Source: Phoronis australis (lineage: Eukaryota > Animalia > Phoronida). From it: a stretch of DNA of 64,000 bases. The DNA lies in the NCBI GenBank assembly GCA_002633005.1, contig NMRA01000475.1, positions 62,001 through 126,000 of the forward strand. Direction: 5' to 3'. The position numbers and the translations under genes were made by a program. The notes under the pieces are model-generated. The model was given only the letters and a program-made list of their open reading frames with translations. It ran no database searches and was not told where the DNA came from. This document shows, one piece after another, positions 26,564 through 40,713 of the stretch. Position 1 is the first letter of the stretch. Each line of letters starts with the position of its first letter.

Positions 26564-29500
26564 CTGAAACAATCGGAAAAAGCTGTAGGAACCAATGGAA
26601 ACCATATTTATCTCACAAGAGCAAAACCAAACAATCAGTCGTTCTTATGACAAAAGAAACAAACCGTCCATTCAGACTGCTCCTTTCTCTGGTCGCAACA
26701 AAAAGTGATTGTATTTATAAAGATTGTCTTAATTATAGGTGATTTTAATGAGAGGTAAAATAATTCAATGATAATCAGTGCAACATCTGAGCTCGGTCTT
26801 ACTAGTGAGTGTATGCACTCATGTTATGCAATCAGTGCAACATTTTGAGAAAGTCATACACTTACTTTGATTAGTAGCTCTTGAAACAATCTATTTCTGG
26901 TCGCAACAAAACGTGATTGAGAGGAAAATGGAATGGGTAAAATCCATCGATTTTCGTTCCAGTTCATGACAAAGAAAAACAAAGCTGACTAGAAATGTAA
27001 GTAGAATTGGGCATTTAGCTTTCTTAAAATTGGTCTTATAATACTCCATATCGTCATAGGATTTTATTTCTACAACTAACAAGAACATCAAACTATCAGC
27101 AACTCAAGAAAACAATTCAGAGTTTATTAGGGTAGGTGGCCTTATGAAATTTGAAAATAGCACCTGTACGCATTGCCTGTGGCTTGAGTTGGTATTGAAA
27201 TGGAATCCTATCAAAGAAAGGAATTATATGAGACTGATTTTACAAAAGTAAATGGCCTAATTCGACTATTGCTTCTCACCCAGCTAAACAGGGCAAAATG
27301 CACTTGAATAGGTTATGAAATAAGTCCACTGCTAACTGATGCATGCATACAAGCTTTTCGAATACGTCATACTAGCTGCATCAAAATGAACAGTTACAAA
27401 AAATATGCACTCCATTGCGTTTGGTTATGGTTGGGTATTATTAGGAATTAATAAGAGCCCAGAAATCAATATAGAGATGTCACTGCAATAGCACAAACCT
27501 ATAAGGTTGTTTATCTGGTCTCTTAGCAATCAGCAAAATATTACCAAGTTACAGAATGGGTGAATGAACATGAAGTGAAGAGATATTCACCGTCAGCACC
27601 AAAACACACCAACAATTTCGCATTAAAAATGCAATTACTACTGTATTTTGATCTGAAGCTTCAATTATTGATCTACAAGTGGTGGTCGCAACATACTAAC
27701 GCAAGTCCACTGGTGGATGTGGAAGAAGGGTCGCAGGCACCTCGGAGCCTGACAATTTTTGACCTGGGGGAATATTACAAGTTTATTATTGCAAATTGTC
27801 ACCATGACAGGACACGATGTGAATAGAAAAGCGAGCTTTAATTGTCCTCATTTTTGCATTTCAAAATATTTATGTAGCGCGATAAATTAATGTTGAATGC
27901 TGTTCAGGTTCCTTTTTTTAAATGTTTATTACGAAATCTTCAGAATACAATGAATATACATAACCCAGAAAGGGCCAAGAGGCATTAGATCTGGGTAAAA
28001 AAATACAAAGAAGTCTATATACAATGATTATATACAAATACATGAATAGGTTCTGAGCAAAAGTTAACATTAGAAACAATAGACAGTATTTTGAAATATA
28101 CACAACACTTGTTAAGAAGACATAGCAAATGAACAAAGGCTATTTTGGCAATTATTTTTGTAAGTTTATGTCCTTGTTCTACAAAAGGTCTCCGGTCCAA
28201 ACAAGAAGTACAACACAAAAATAACAAATCTATATTCTCTTTTTTTACCAGTCCCTAATAACTACTTAGCTAGAATTAAATGGCAGCATGTTTTATCCAG
28301 CAAGTTCAAAGTTCAAAGTGCAAGAGATAACAATGACTACATGGTCAAAATGACACCAATTCCCATAAAACTGTCAACAAGTTGTTCAGAATGGAATCTC
28401 ACAAGTTATAATGACAATTAATTTGGAACACTTCAATCTATTTTCACAAATCCTGGACAAGTGCTAGAACTCAGCATGCCTAACACAGACTGGGCTCCAA
28501 CCATAGTGAGGGTACATGAGCCAGTTTTATGGCTCAGCTCCACCTAGAAATATGTAGCCTGAATAAATTGGCCAGTTACACATGTATGATTTATATAAGT
28601 CTATTAATGGCATTCCATTCAGAACATAGGTTGAATAGCAAATTATTAACTTCTAATAAACTATAATTGGTGATAGTAGGGTGAAGGCAGATGCCAGGCT
28701 TATCCTCAGTACATGTTTAATTTCTATAATTACTGTGAGCCACCACTTGCCATGCTCTGTCACACAGCCATCACCATTCTAAACCAGCAAATATTTACCA
28801 AATGAAAGGAGATAAGTTTCTGACAAGAAGCCAACCCGCATGATCCCACACACTCGGGGTCATTTAGAGAGCCGGCAACTGCCAGCAGTGTATACCAGTT
28901 CATCTAGGCACAATTAAACCGTTATGATGGCCAAAGACTAGACAACCAACTCAACATTTTGGATAACTTTACCAAGGTGAGGTGATCACTGCGGGTGTGT
29001 GTTCCGTAACAAGAGTCACTTACGGTGAGAAATATTGGCTCATGAAACGGAAATGATAATTTACTTAAATTTGCATTCCACCCTGTATAGAAGTAACTCA
29101 TGCGGCAGACATAAATATCCAAAGCGAGGCTCACTGCGATAAAAAAGCGGAAATTTACATTGCGTGAGTTAAATGGCCGGTCTTTCAAGTCCAACCTAGA
29201 TATTAAATCTTAAAAATGTATTGATAATCAACCACAGAGACATAGAAAAATACATTAGAGAACAAGTCAATGCACCAAAAAGTTGTCTGACGAAAGGGTA
29301 TAATTTTTTTTTCCGGAAAACTATGTTCGAAACTGACGAAACATGAAAAGTAAATATGACCAAACTGCGGCGATCATCACGGTAGTGTTACGGATTAGGT
29401 ATTTATTATGCTGAATGCAGGGTACGTTTCTTCTTGTAAATTGTTGATAAAAATGCTTTCTACAAGAACCAGATCATCTGCTTGTATTGTTGACGAGTTG

Positions 29501-30737
29501 AAGATATATTCCACAGTCTCTTGTGGCATTTTGCAGTCATGTGCAATTAGTCACATCTGGTTTAATTTGTTGATCAAAAGTATTAACATCAAGCATATAG
29601 CCTATGTCCTGGGGAGGTAGGGACTACCGGGACTAACAAGTGATTTGTCATTGATCTGAAAGAATAACTGATGTTATTAAATATGTTTTTTATTAAAATA
29701 AAAATCCCCGTTTGTAACTGAAAATAAAAATTATTTTACCATTTTTTAAATTTTGAAAAAAAATAACAAACAAGCACAGCCTCAGAAATCGCTTTCGCAT
29801 TATATCTAGGTTCTCATTCACTCCCTTGCGCACATTCACAAGTAATTATTTGACCATCAATACTGCTTTCTTGGTTTTAATAATTCTTATATACGTCTAT
29901 TTCATGTGATAGGTTTCAAATTTCAATCTGGACCAAGTTGAACTTTAAAATTAAAACACCTAACTCGTTGGTCCAAAGCATGACCTTGTTTTTGAGCTCA
30001 ATTTCAGTTAACTGCACAGAGCAAGCATAGTTATCAATCATGTTTCTTCAAGGGCCTCGTTCATTCGAGGAAAGGTGCTTGTGTGCCTTCGTGAGAAGGG
30101 CATTTTTTCGCCGAGTGAGGGAAAATGTACTTCCCGATCATCATCAATAGTACACCCGCCCTGCGCTCTTTCAAATGGTCACTTGTGTGGATACAGGTGA
30201 TTTGAACTTCAGAGAGAACTTTTCAATCACAAGGGGAATTCTTAGGGCCTCGTAGGGGGAATAGGGCCGATATTTGTCCCCAAAATCAAGGGATTGAGGG
30301 CCCTGTCTTTTTTGGAAAGAAACATGCGCCATCTTTCAACCCATAGTCATGAAAACACAGCCTGGCTGACCGGAGAACTTTCCGAAAACATTTATGAATT
30401 TTACACGAACATATTTTCCTTCGTCGCACGTATGTGAACGATCCAACGATTCCGAATCTCAACGTCCTCAGGGTTTGTAAAACCGACAGTAAGAGTGTCC
30501 GTATTTTTTCTAGTCGTTCAAGCAACGCGGAATACAACCAGTAACTTTATGGGGATAAGATTCTAATTGGGCCACAAAAAGAATGTCAAAGCCATCAGCG
30601 ATTCAAGAAAACATTTCAGACTTTTTTGGGGCTGACCAACGCTAAAATTGCGACTTTAAAAATTCACATTTACGCTTTGACTGTGTCTTAAGCTGGTAGC
30701 AGAGATGTAATCCTATTAAGAGACCATTTGAATGAGA

Positions 30738-32197
30738 AACAAGAGCAATGCAGAGCGTTGAAATGCGCCCACAACTGCACCGCATACGGTATCCTTCTAG
30801 GGTTGTTTATTGGTACCATAAAGTGGCCAGTAGAGGGCATATATGTAGTATGTTGTACTTTGCAAAATGGAATGGCATGGTCATTGTCTCCTCAATAGGT
30901 TAGGGGCAAAATGTGAGTGATCTTCATAACACAAGCACATCCTATACATCAGTAGCTTAAAGCACCACAGAAACATAGAATTAAAAACAAATTTACCAAC
31001 ATACGAGATTAGCACAGCATTACAATGCCAGAAACAAATTTCTACTTGGAACTTTTCCATCATAGTCACGAAGTAACACAAAGTGTACACCTGAAGACCT
31101 ATGAAAATACAGAGGTCAATGTAAAATACTAAAATTGCCACTAGAGGCATAACGGTAGTCAGAATCATCCTAAAGTCGTCATCGTCCGTTGTTAACATCA
31201 CATAAATATACTTGCTAAATTTAGTAAAGATCCTGCAAACGGTTTGGGAGATACAGCCATGGGCGCAAAAAAAAAACTGCCAGTAGGAGGCGCCACAGTA
31301 ATCAAAGTCATGGGAAATTCAGCATCAACTGTCCTCTTCATAGTAAGAACATACATGCCAATTTTCACAATCATACTTATAGCGGTTTGGTTGATAGAGG
31401 GGTGGACGCCAAAAAACAGACTCAAAAACAGTAAAAATGGCCACTGGGTGTCGCAAACTAGGTCGAATCCATCCGAAAACGGGAGGATAGCGTCATCGCA
31501 CTAATAGGTGCCTACATACCAAATTTCATGAAAATCTGTTAAGGACTTGTGAAGACACAGAGGTGAACGTAAAAAAATAAAATTGCCACTAGGGGGAACA
31601 CTGGTAGGCGGATCCGTCCAAAAGTCGTCATCGTCTGTTTTTAACATAATATAAATACACTTATTAAATTTCGTAAAGATCCTGCGAACGGTTTAGGAGA
31701 TACAGCCATAGGTGCAAAAAAACAACACTGCCACTAGGAGGCGCCACAGTAGTCCAAATCGTCTGAAAATCATCGTCAACCGTCCTCTACATAGTAAGCA
31801 TATACATGCCAATTTTCACAATCATCCTTTGAGCGGTTTGGTTGATCGAGGGGTGGACGCACAAAAACAGACTCAAAAACACTAAAAATGGCCACTAGGT
31901 GGCGCAAACTATGTCGAATCCATCTGAAAACGGCAGGATAGCGTCACCTCACTAATAGGTGGTGCCTACATACCAAATTTCATGAAAATCCGTTCAGGAC
32001 TTTTGAAGATACAAAGGTAAGCGAAAGTTCGCACATGCCGTCCCATTCATAAATGGAACATATGTGCCAAATTTCATGAACATATGTCAAAGGGTTTTGG
32101 AGATAGAGCAGCGGACGCCGGACGGACGCTGCCCGTACGGACGGCCGGACGGAGATGACTGCATAATGCGTCCACATATAAATATGTGGGCGCATAA
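30738..32197. mobile_element. Helentron-associated non-autonomous element (HINE/DINE-1-like) with internal about 450 bp tandem units
   Basis: AACAAGAG end with a short hairpin. Subterminal IR ATGCGCCCACA (30763) / TGTGGGCGCAT (about 32185). (GGAC)n tract and a terminal hairpin followed by an A-run. Two about 450 bp units built from about 150 bp subunits. Confidence 0.8.
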
Positions 32198-32671
32198 AAA
32201 AGGCGTTATTTGTTTTTCGTTCTATACCCAGCTGAACACGGCAAAATGCAGCTTTAAAGAGTTTCTCCATAACTCAGCATCCCGCCATCAGGATTTCAGT
32301 GGCAGCCATTTTGCTAGTCTAGACAAGTAAGGTCTTGTGCTACGGTAACTTGCAGAACACATGTCCTCATTATCTTGATTTTGCATGATCTTGCCCGTTT
32401 CATAAGACTCGCTGTGTAGTAAGCACCACTGGAGGTCAGTTACGGGTATCCACTTCTTCTTGGCGGTGAGAACAAGCCTATGCTCTTGCTCAATGTATGA
32501 CGTTATGCAGGACCTTGTAGGCATGTTTGTGTATTTAGTTAACGGATGACAATAGAAATAAGTCTTTTTATGTTATCCGTGACTTTCACTTGTTCTGTTA
32601 TTTTTTGTCTAGTGTTTTTATGTTTTTCTTTTATTTCTCTATACTTGTGTGATACTAATAAATTTGTTATC

Positions 32672-32672
<1 letters not shown>

Positions 32673-32721
<49 letters not shown>
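32673..32721. repeat. (ATT)n microsatellite
   Basis: Read directly. Confidence 0.97.
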
Positions 32722-32722
<1 letters not shown>

Positions 32723-32921
32723 ACTATAGTACAACTAGGTCTGCAGAACTTGATTTTTGTCTTTTTTCAAACCTGTCATTCATCGGGTCATGTAGCCATA
32801 TCTTTTTTATAAAAGTTTACCACGGCACATCGTTAGCACAACAATCATATCAATAACATAATCAAATTTCATTTGATAGCATTCAAGACAAAATCTAACC
32901 AATAACGTCAGCCTCCCTCTC

Positions 32922-33093
32922 GTGAAACATGCGTCAGCAGAGAGCACGAGCCCCTCTCGTGAAACAGGCCTCAGCAGAGAGCAGGAGTCCCTCAAGTGAA
33001 ACATGCGTCAGCAGAGAGCAGGAGTCCCTCAAGTGAAACATGCGTCAGCAGAGAGCAGGAGTCCCTCAAGTGAAATATGCGTCAGCAGAGAGC
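32922..33093. repeat. 37 bp tandem repeat, about 4.6 copies
   Basis: GTGAAACATGCGTCAGCAGAGAGCAGGAGTCCCTCAA units with a few substitutions. Confidence 0.92.
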
Positions 33094-33522
33094 ACAAGGT
33101 GAAATTCTTTTTTTGTAAAATTTTGGAAGGTTGTCACATTCTCATCACAAATACCTCAGCCTTTGAAATTCTTCATCAGAAACTGGTGAGACTTTAGCAG
33201 ACGTAAAATGTAACACAACAGCATTTGTTCAGGCCCGTTGTCACAATTAGGAGGAAGGTCTCCCCAGATTCTGATGGATGGATGTCACCACATATTGCTG
33301 AATATGACATGTCATTTACTAGCTCTCTTTTGCATTCACTAAGGCTGTAGTGAATAGCAGAAAGGACAGATCATCACAGCAATAGTATAATGTGCCCACA
33401 TATTAAGAACCAGTTGGACACCCATTATCCAGTTCAGACAACTGGTTCTCAAATTGCCAGCATGTTATATCCAACTTTTACCAATCAGGACCACCACACA
33501 TGAATGTAACACACAGACTTAC

Positions 33523-33587
33523 CAGGGCTAGGCATTCGCTGTCCCGCAAACTGAGGCGATCTTGTGGGGGTCTGCCACCTGTTGGGC
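33523..33587 (-). CDS. SECISBP2L: SBP2/SBP2L exon 3 (RPNRWQTPTRSPQFAGQRMPSP)
   Basis: cactttAG acceptor and G|GTAAGT donor. 65 nt supplies exactly the phase 2 to phase 1 shift needed between exons 2 and 4. RWQ.P resembles SBP2L RWQQP. Confidence 0.82.
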
Positions 33588-34969
33588 CTAAAGTGAAACC
33601 ACGCAAGCATGATTAGACGTAGACGACAAACAAAGTCAATTAGCTTATTTAAGGGTGGGCAGTGGCTGGGTAAACACAGCCAAATCAAGGTATGTCTGGA
33701 CACTACTTATTTTCAATGAACACCACACAGTTAGTGGGAAACCAAAGGCAGCCAGCTCTAAGACCCTTTTATGCTGGATGGTGACAACCAACAAGAAAAT
33801 TGGGGTGATTTGCATGACATTAAGAACAGCACTAAAAGCCAGAATAGACCTCATATCCGATGAAAGATTTCATTAGTCCAAAAGAAAACTAATAACACTT
33901 TCTACCACTTTTAAGTATATAAAAAAGTAAACTTGTGGTCATTTTTATAGCAAAGTATTCATAAAATTATGTTATTTTGATATGCAAAAATGAAGTAAAG
34001 TTTTGCACATGACTGACGGTTTGGCTAGACATTTTCGCTAAACAAATCTGACACAAGGCCAGAAGGCCAACAACAACAAAAGTCCATGTTTTCTTTTAAA
34101 ATTGGCACCAAGGCTGCTAGCAATTTTTGCCACGCTGTTTTACATTTTGCCGAAAACCCTCACTAAGCTCCCAGAGAGACGCTAAATTGAACTAAATGCC
34201 AAAAGGCAAGCTCACAACTTTGATCGTTCATTTTCGAAGACGTCAGAAACTGCGAGATACAAGTAAGGAATGCATTTTTGAAAATTCAAACAAATCAAAT
34301 CAAGTTCTATAAGACTGTCAAATGACATGCTTGCATTTATTATGGTGACTGAGTGAATTATGGAATGACTGGCCACATCTGTTGCAGCTTCCATATCTTT
34401 CAACACTTCCTAAAAGTTACTAGAACTTCTGAAATTTAATAGTGAAACCAAAGCATCACCTTCGGCAAAAGTGCACTGACTAACTGGCAAGAAGCAATTT
34501 CATTTTGAACAAGCCTTGCATCAATTTCAGGTGACATACAAGGGTATCCTCTGTCTGGGTGTTGTTTGTTTATATAGTCATAACTGCATCTCAATACTTG
34601 CTGCACTACAGAAACAATATCAGGATACAAGGCAAAATACAAAACGTCATTCTGATCGCCACGTTGACTGGGCAAAAGCCCAATTCATTAGTTACATAAG
34701 TCTTCCCTCATGAATAATGAGAGGGAATTAACAGGTATTTAAGCCATTCTGTAATTAACAGTTTTGCCACCTTATGAGTAACCAACAGCAATTTTTGCTG
34801 GATTAATTTTGTCTTGTACTGTACTTGAATTTTTTGATAACAGGATGTTCGATTCAACAGACTTCTCAGAAAATGAACAAATAAAAATTCATCTTTTTGT
34901 CACCGGCTTGCATTGAACACCGTAGATGGCATGAAATTACGAGTCCAAGCTCCTGAATTTGAACAAGGA

Positions 34970-35195
34970 ACGGTAATTCCTAACCTATCTAGCACACAAT
35001 ATGGCCAACATATGAAATTCTATTTTGACAAATTTCTCCACAAGAATAACTTAGATTATGAATTTACTTTAGTTTATTGCTAGCAAGGTTTTTATTGTGT
35101 AGATGTCATAAAATAAGTTTTGGCCAATGTTAACTTGTTGTAATCAGCCTTTGAACAACAATTTTGAAATTTATTTTTTCATAAGTGGAGAATTA
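34970..35195. mobile_element. About 230 bp MITE family copy 2
   Basis: ACGGTAATTC...GCACACAATATGGCCAAC...GTGGAGAATTA, homologous to 1500-1726. Confidence 0.6.
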
Positions 35196-35305
35196 TCAAA
35201 CTCAAGCAATCACCATTTTGGCATTTATTTTGGGTTTGATGCGAAGTAATTAAGAATTAGCATACGCACATGATTACATGCACGGAAATTCCTTTCCATT
35301 CTTAC

Positions 35306-35472
35306 CTGACAGTGGTGGACCCCTCCTGAACAAAAGGATAACAGCTAGTCACATATTTGGGAATACTGGACAGCTCAGATGGAGAAAGGCCCAGCTTGGC
35401 CTGTCTCTCCACGCTGGGGACGAAGGCAGCTGCTGACACAGACAGTTTTGTATTGGTGTTACTGCTGGTCGT
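35306..35472 (-). CDS. SECISBP2L: SBP2/SBP2L exon 2 (TTSSNTNTKLSVSAAAFVPS...IPKYVTSCYPFVQE)
   Basis: ctttgcAG acceptor and AG|GTAAG donor. Carries both conserved SBP2/SBP2L N-terminal motifs (KLS....F.P and IP.Y...CYPFVQE). Confidence 0.93.
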
Positions 35473-35951
35473 CTGCAAAGACCAAAGAAAGGGGTTCACT
35501 ATTTCTCAATAAGTAAAATATCTCTGCTTTCTTTTCGCCCTCTCTGTAAAAAAGCAGATCTTTTTTTCACTTCTTTGGTGAAAGAGCACTAATACTTCCT
35601 CCAGAAATATATCGCTTTTAGAGGTGAAAACAATAATATTGCATCACCCACACAAAAGGAAACAACATTAATTTCAATTCATGTCAAGTAAATTATTACA
35701 GCCTGAACCCAAAAGCAACAACAAACAATACAAATTCAGTCACTGGAGGTTAAAGTGACCGGATATTAATTATTATACAAACAACATATGTCTCTGAGAG
35801 GAGAAAGCTGGAGAATCAAATCAGTCTCCTGTGTGTACGTAATTATAAAAATAGCAGACTTATAAGATGCCTTCTAAATAACTTGGAAACTTGTAAATAT
35901 GACCGGTTGTAATTTCTTGATCTATTTTTAAGAATTCCAGATAGAAATTGT

Positions 35952-36060
35952 GTGGATTTTGTAGAATTATCACCCTCGGGGTAACGCCCCTCGGGCGATA
36001 ATTCTCCAAAATTCACTTGGGCTCTAGATAACGGGGGATAACGACTTTGCCATGTAATAA
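35952..36060. repeat. Imperfect palindrome (24 bp arms), probable half of a palindromic DNA element
   Basis: GTGGATTTTGTAGAATTATCACCC pairs with GGGCGATAATTCTCCAAAATTCAC (3 mismatches). The segment ends GCCATGTAATAA; Crypton-like identity is only an inference. Confidence 0.5.
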
Positions 36061-37151
36061 TCCATATTTATGCTTTGTTCTCCCTCATGCTGTTAGGGCT
36101 GTCAAGAAATACTATTTCCATGAAATCCATAAGTCAAACAATACAGAGAAAACTGTAACAGCGTTTTTAAGATTTCACCTTAAACATTTGTATCAAACAA
36201 AATTTGGCCATGAAGATACCATTGTTAATACTATTTCTGAATTTTAATAAAAAGACATAGTCACATGACCTAATAAAGGGCAGCTTGTCTTGCAAGAAAA
36301 CTTCTTTATTATGTAACTAAGCCAATGTTATCACTAGTTGCACACAGAGTCTCTTCTCCTCTCACCTTATCAGGAGTACAAGGTTTTGCAAAAAACGAAC
36401 AAACTGTGGTCCATGATAATGTGCAGGCAGTGTTATATTGGAATCATGGATTACACTACAAAGCAGGCGCAAGTTTCTTTGCAACAATCAATGAAATCTG
36501 AACAAATAATTGATAAGCACTTACATTTGTCATAAGACACTAATGCAACATGGACATCACCATTTTCTAACAGCGCATTCAAGTTTATGACCAACCAGAG
36601 GTCACACATTTTGCGCACTTTTGGCACTGAGGCTTTGTCCAAGCTTGATTATGACAGTTGTATGCCGATTCAGACACACTGAGCGAATAGCAATTAAAAC
36701 TTGTTGCACACACGTTGCAGTTGTAAAACATTATAACACATGAACAACCTTACCATGCTTTTTCTTTCGAATAGCCAGCCGACAACCCACGAACCACTCA
36801 ACACATTTGTAACAACTTGGGCAGTTGTCCATAGGCCTAATGAGCACAAAAATGCAATTTGACACTTTCTAGTTAGAGGGTATCTGCCTCTTCCCTTCAG
36901 TCACGCCCCCAACTTGTGACCACTCTCAATACATCATCCCAGGAGCATGCGATTTTCACAAGAGGAACAGAGCATTCAGTAGGTGTGGCTTACTACTTGG
37001 GTCAAGAGAAAAGTCAGTGACCCGAAAAAAAAAAAGTTCACAAGCATATGCAGTGAGAGATAATATACCAGATAGTAAATGATCCCTAGCAGGACCATTC
37101 ACTTCATGCTTTATGGATGATACTGAGTGAAACTAATGTATGCATACAATC

Positions 37152-37405
37152 TACAGTAATTCTTAACTTCTTTATCACACAATACCGCCAACAATTGATA
37201 TTTCGTTTTGTTAAGTTTCTCCACGAAAATAAAGATTACACTCTACTCTATTACAAGCATGGTTTGCAGTGTGTAGATGTTATAAAACAACATTAATTTT
37301 GCTAAAGTTTCCATCATATGCTAAAAGGTAATCAGCTGTTGCAAAATTGAAAAATTGACAATTTTGGCATTTATTTTAGAGCAAAATGAGTGGAGAATTA
37401 CGGTA
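37152..37405. mobile_element. About 230 bp MITE family copy 3
   Basis: TACAGTAATTCT...CACACAATACCGCCAAC...GTGGAGAATTACGGTA. Confidence 0.55.
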
Positions 37406-40400
37406 ACTTTCATTCAGAGCAAAAGCTCAGATGAGAACTAGAATTTCAAATACTGTAGGGATACTTTAAAGTAAACGGGATATCCCAAGAAGTATATTTG
37501 ATTTAAAGGCTTTTCCCGCTGGCTCCGAAGCTTCGGTAACACTGAAATTTCGGTCCATGGAAACGCTTAGCTTTCGTCTTGAATCGAAGCTAACAGCGCG
37601 AGTTAACTTTGGAGTAGAGAGGTGGATTTAACAGCAAAACATTGAAGCTTATCTAAAATGGGGAAAACTTAAAACTTTTACACCATCAGAGTTATCAACA
37701 GGGGTCACTGCATTTGCCAACAGTGGGCGGTATATTTGTTAATATTTTGGTCTAATAATTATTAGTTTGGCAGTTTCAATTTATCCATACATTAGTTGTA
37801 TTCTTCACAACAAAAATCACTGAACATATGATAAACGTAAAATGGGTTCCTACCATGCTGCTTTTATTCAGTTCAATTGTTAACCAACTCAAGAGTCAAC
37901 TTTTATAAAATGTAAACTCCTAGTGCATTGTCATCGTCCCAATGTGAAGTTGATGGTCTAGTTTCCACTTGGGGAGAATGAAAGGTCCTCGCCGTTTTTC
38001 ATGGCAAGGACACCAAGGCATATGGCCAAATGTCATACTAGCGTCGCCTAGTGACAACTTTACTGAACTACTTTTCTTGGAAGCTGGTGGGAACACTAAT
38101 GCTTAACTTCATGGTTAACTAAAGTCAACATCAAATCTTCAATAGTTGCAGAGTTAAATGTAAGGCAAAGAATCTTAATACAAGGATTGAATTTGGCACG
38201 AGCTAAAGGGCAAAATGTAACTGGTATTGACCGCGCTGCTGGTGCAAACTTGAAACAAGAGGTACAAAAATGCTGACAATTTGTTTTAACTTGGTTTACG
38301 GTTATCCAAATCAACTCACACCTGAAGTTGTCCCGAATCAGGGACACACAATAGGGGACAGGTGATAATTTTTCTTTTTTTTCCTCAAAAACGACTAGAT
38401 ACCACCAAAGTATGCTTAAATTTTAGGTTTTAAAAATAATGCATTTTACGCTTAAATACAGCGCATATCTCAAATGCATTGTATTTTAAACCTAAAATGA
38501 GGCTCACTACTAAAATGGCGACAGTGTGAATAAGATCTATGTGCTTTCTTCTTTACCAAACAATGAACATTTTGAGTTCAGTCACTTTTCATATATATAG
38601 TCGGATTAAAAACTCTAAGACTGGAAAACAAAAATGGATGAACTAAGCCTCTACAATGCCCACCCAACAGATTTTCCTGAAAATTTCACCTTTAAACATA
38701 TTAGTAATCGAATGAAACTTAATTCAAGTATTTTACTGAACATGTTTATTAAGCAATTTGAATAGTAAAACAACTATAAAAAAAAAATGTCATACAAATC
38801 TTCATCCCCAAAATCGAGGCATGGTGGGCTCTGAAAAATTAATCATTTTTCTTAAATGTTTGGATATTTGCCGTTTTTCCCAATTACAGGAAATCAGTTA
38901 ATTGTTGACATTGTGTGGTATATTCAAAGTATGCCTTTTTATTTAAAGTTTTACAATAAAAAGTCCTTATCCATAGTTACATAGCTCAAGGTACTTGACT
39001 TTCTGTAATATTTGCAAAAAGTAGTGAAGTGGTTACTAGATTCAGTCAGACTAATGTATACACATACAAAACATAAACTTGTATTTCTGTCCAACACTTC
39101 CCGTTCAGCCTATGTTTCTACAACTAGATGAAATTTCAGTACAGGACAACATATGATAAGTATTTTATTAAACAGGTCAAACTTCTTAGCATTTCATTAT
39201 TAGCATGGCTTGTAGTTAAGATGTCACAAAACAAGACTTAAAGAAATTTTGACCTTTTGCTGGTAATGATTCGAGTGTGTGAAAACTAGAAAAATTTCCA
39301 GCAATCATTTTTGTCAGAAATTTAAGAATTTCCACCATACTACCACCAGAAAATTCCACAAAAATGTTGTCAAAGATACGATCACCTTGGTAATCAACAC
39401 CCATAAGTTTTCCATATGAGATATACGAAGAACGCTCAATTCTTCAGAATCTAGAAAAGTCAATTCCAGTTTGAATTTCAGGGTCTCAAATTTTAGAGAT
39501 TGCTTAAAGTGGAGAATTTTCTGGTAAGTTATTTAAAAACCTCCCAAACACCAATCCTGGTAGCTGTAGTTCACAATCAATGTAATTCAGAAAAATTTTC
39601 CAGGGGATGTATGGTTACGTGATGGAAAGGTTTACTGTTTTGTACTATTCATCAACGATAAATGTATTTTTGCATGAAAAAAGTAAAAATAATGAAAAAA
39701 GAAGATGAAAAACGAAGAAATCGGAACAGTGCTTGACCTCAGATTGTGTTTGGCGACCTGGGAAAAATCTCAAGTCGCCACGAAGTCGCCAGTGTGAGTA
39801 TCAAAGTCAGACAATAATTCCTCTATTTCAAAGTTCATGTTGACTGCCATTTTACTTTAAATTTCTAAGTTTTCCTCGATCAGTAACTTTGGTTCACAAT
39901 TGTTCCATTTATTTCATGAAATCAGAATATTTATCACCACAGCAATCAACACACGTCAAACACGTGCTTAAATTACAGGAACTAAACAGACATAAGTCGT
40001 AACTGTCATGATCTGTGTAATACGTGCTACCACAGTATGCAATCATCTCCGTTCCATGTTTGTTCATTGGAGGAGGAATTGAGTTAGAGAATGTATGTTT
40101 ACGGGGAGAAATAGGAAAGGTACACTTAAGATTCTGAAAATAGGGCACTTGGTATGACCGTACTAAGTTTATTTTTCAGATTTCACTATGCTGAATATGG
40201 TACTTCAAATACAAGCAACTTGACATTGGCAGGTCACTCAGCTTGACTTAAAAGAAAACATTTTTTGAAACGTAATTAGATATAGTGTCTAGTCATCAAC
40301 TTTAAAGACTTATCTGCAAACAGAGAAAAGTTGAGAATTTAATATGCTCACTAATACCAACCATAGCCTTTTCCTATGACTTAGTTCGACCCCAACTGAA

Positions 40401-40605
40401 ATCGAAAAGTTTCCAATACTGCAAAAAGTGCAACACCTCCAGACAAAATACTATCACAAGCTTTGTTTAGCTTAACACTTTTCTAGAAATAATATATCAC
40501 TAGCATCCATGAGACTATGAAATACTTGTATTAATATGTTTGTTAAGTGAAAGATGAAAAAACAAAAGAAAACAAAACTAAGGCTCATCCAACAACATGG
40601 ATCAC

Positions 40606-40713
40606 TCGTCTGTCTTCCATAAGTCGTCTGTCTTCTATAAGTCGTCTGTCTTCCATAAGTCGTCTGTCTTCCATAAGTCGTCTGTCTTCCATAAGTCGTC
40701 TGTCTTCCATAAG
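40606..40713. repeat. 18 bp tandem repeat x6 (TCGTCTGTCTTCCATAAG)
   Basis: Six copies, one substitution. Confidence 0.95.

Noticed and set aside
26239-26605. Alternative open frames over SBP2 exon 4 (possible dual coding)
   Set aside because: Expected for GC/Pro-rich sequence; only one frame fits the splice phases.
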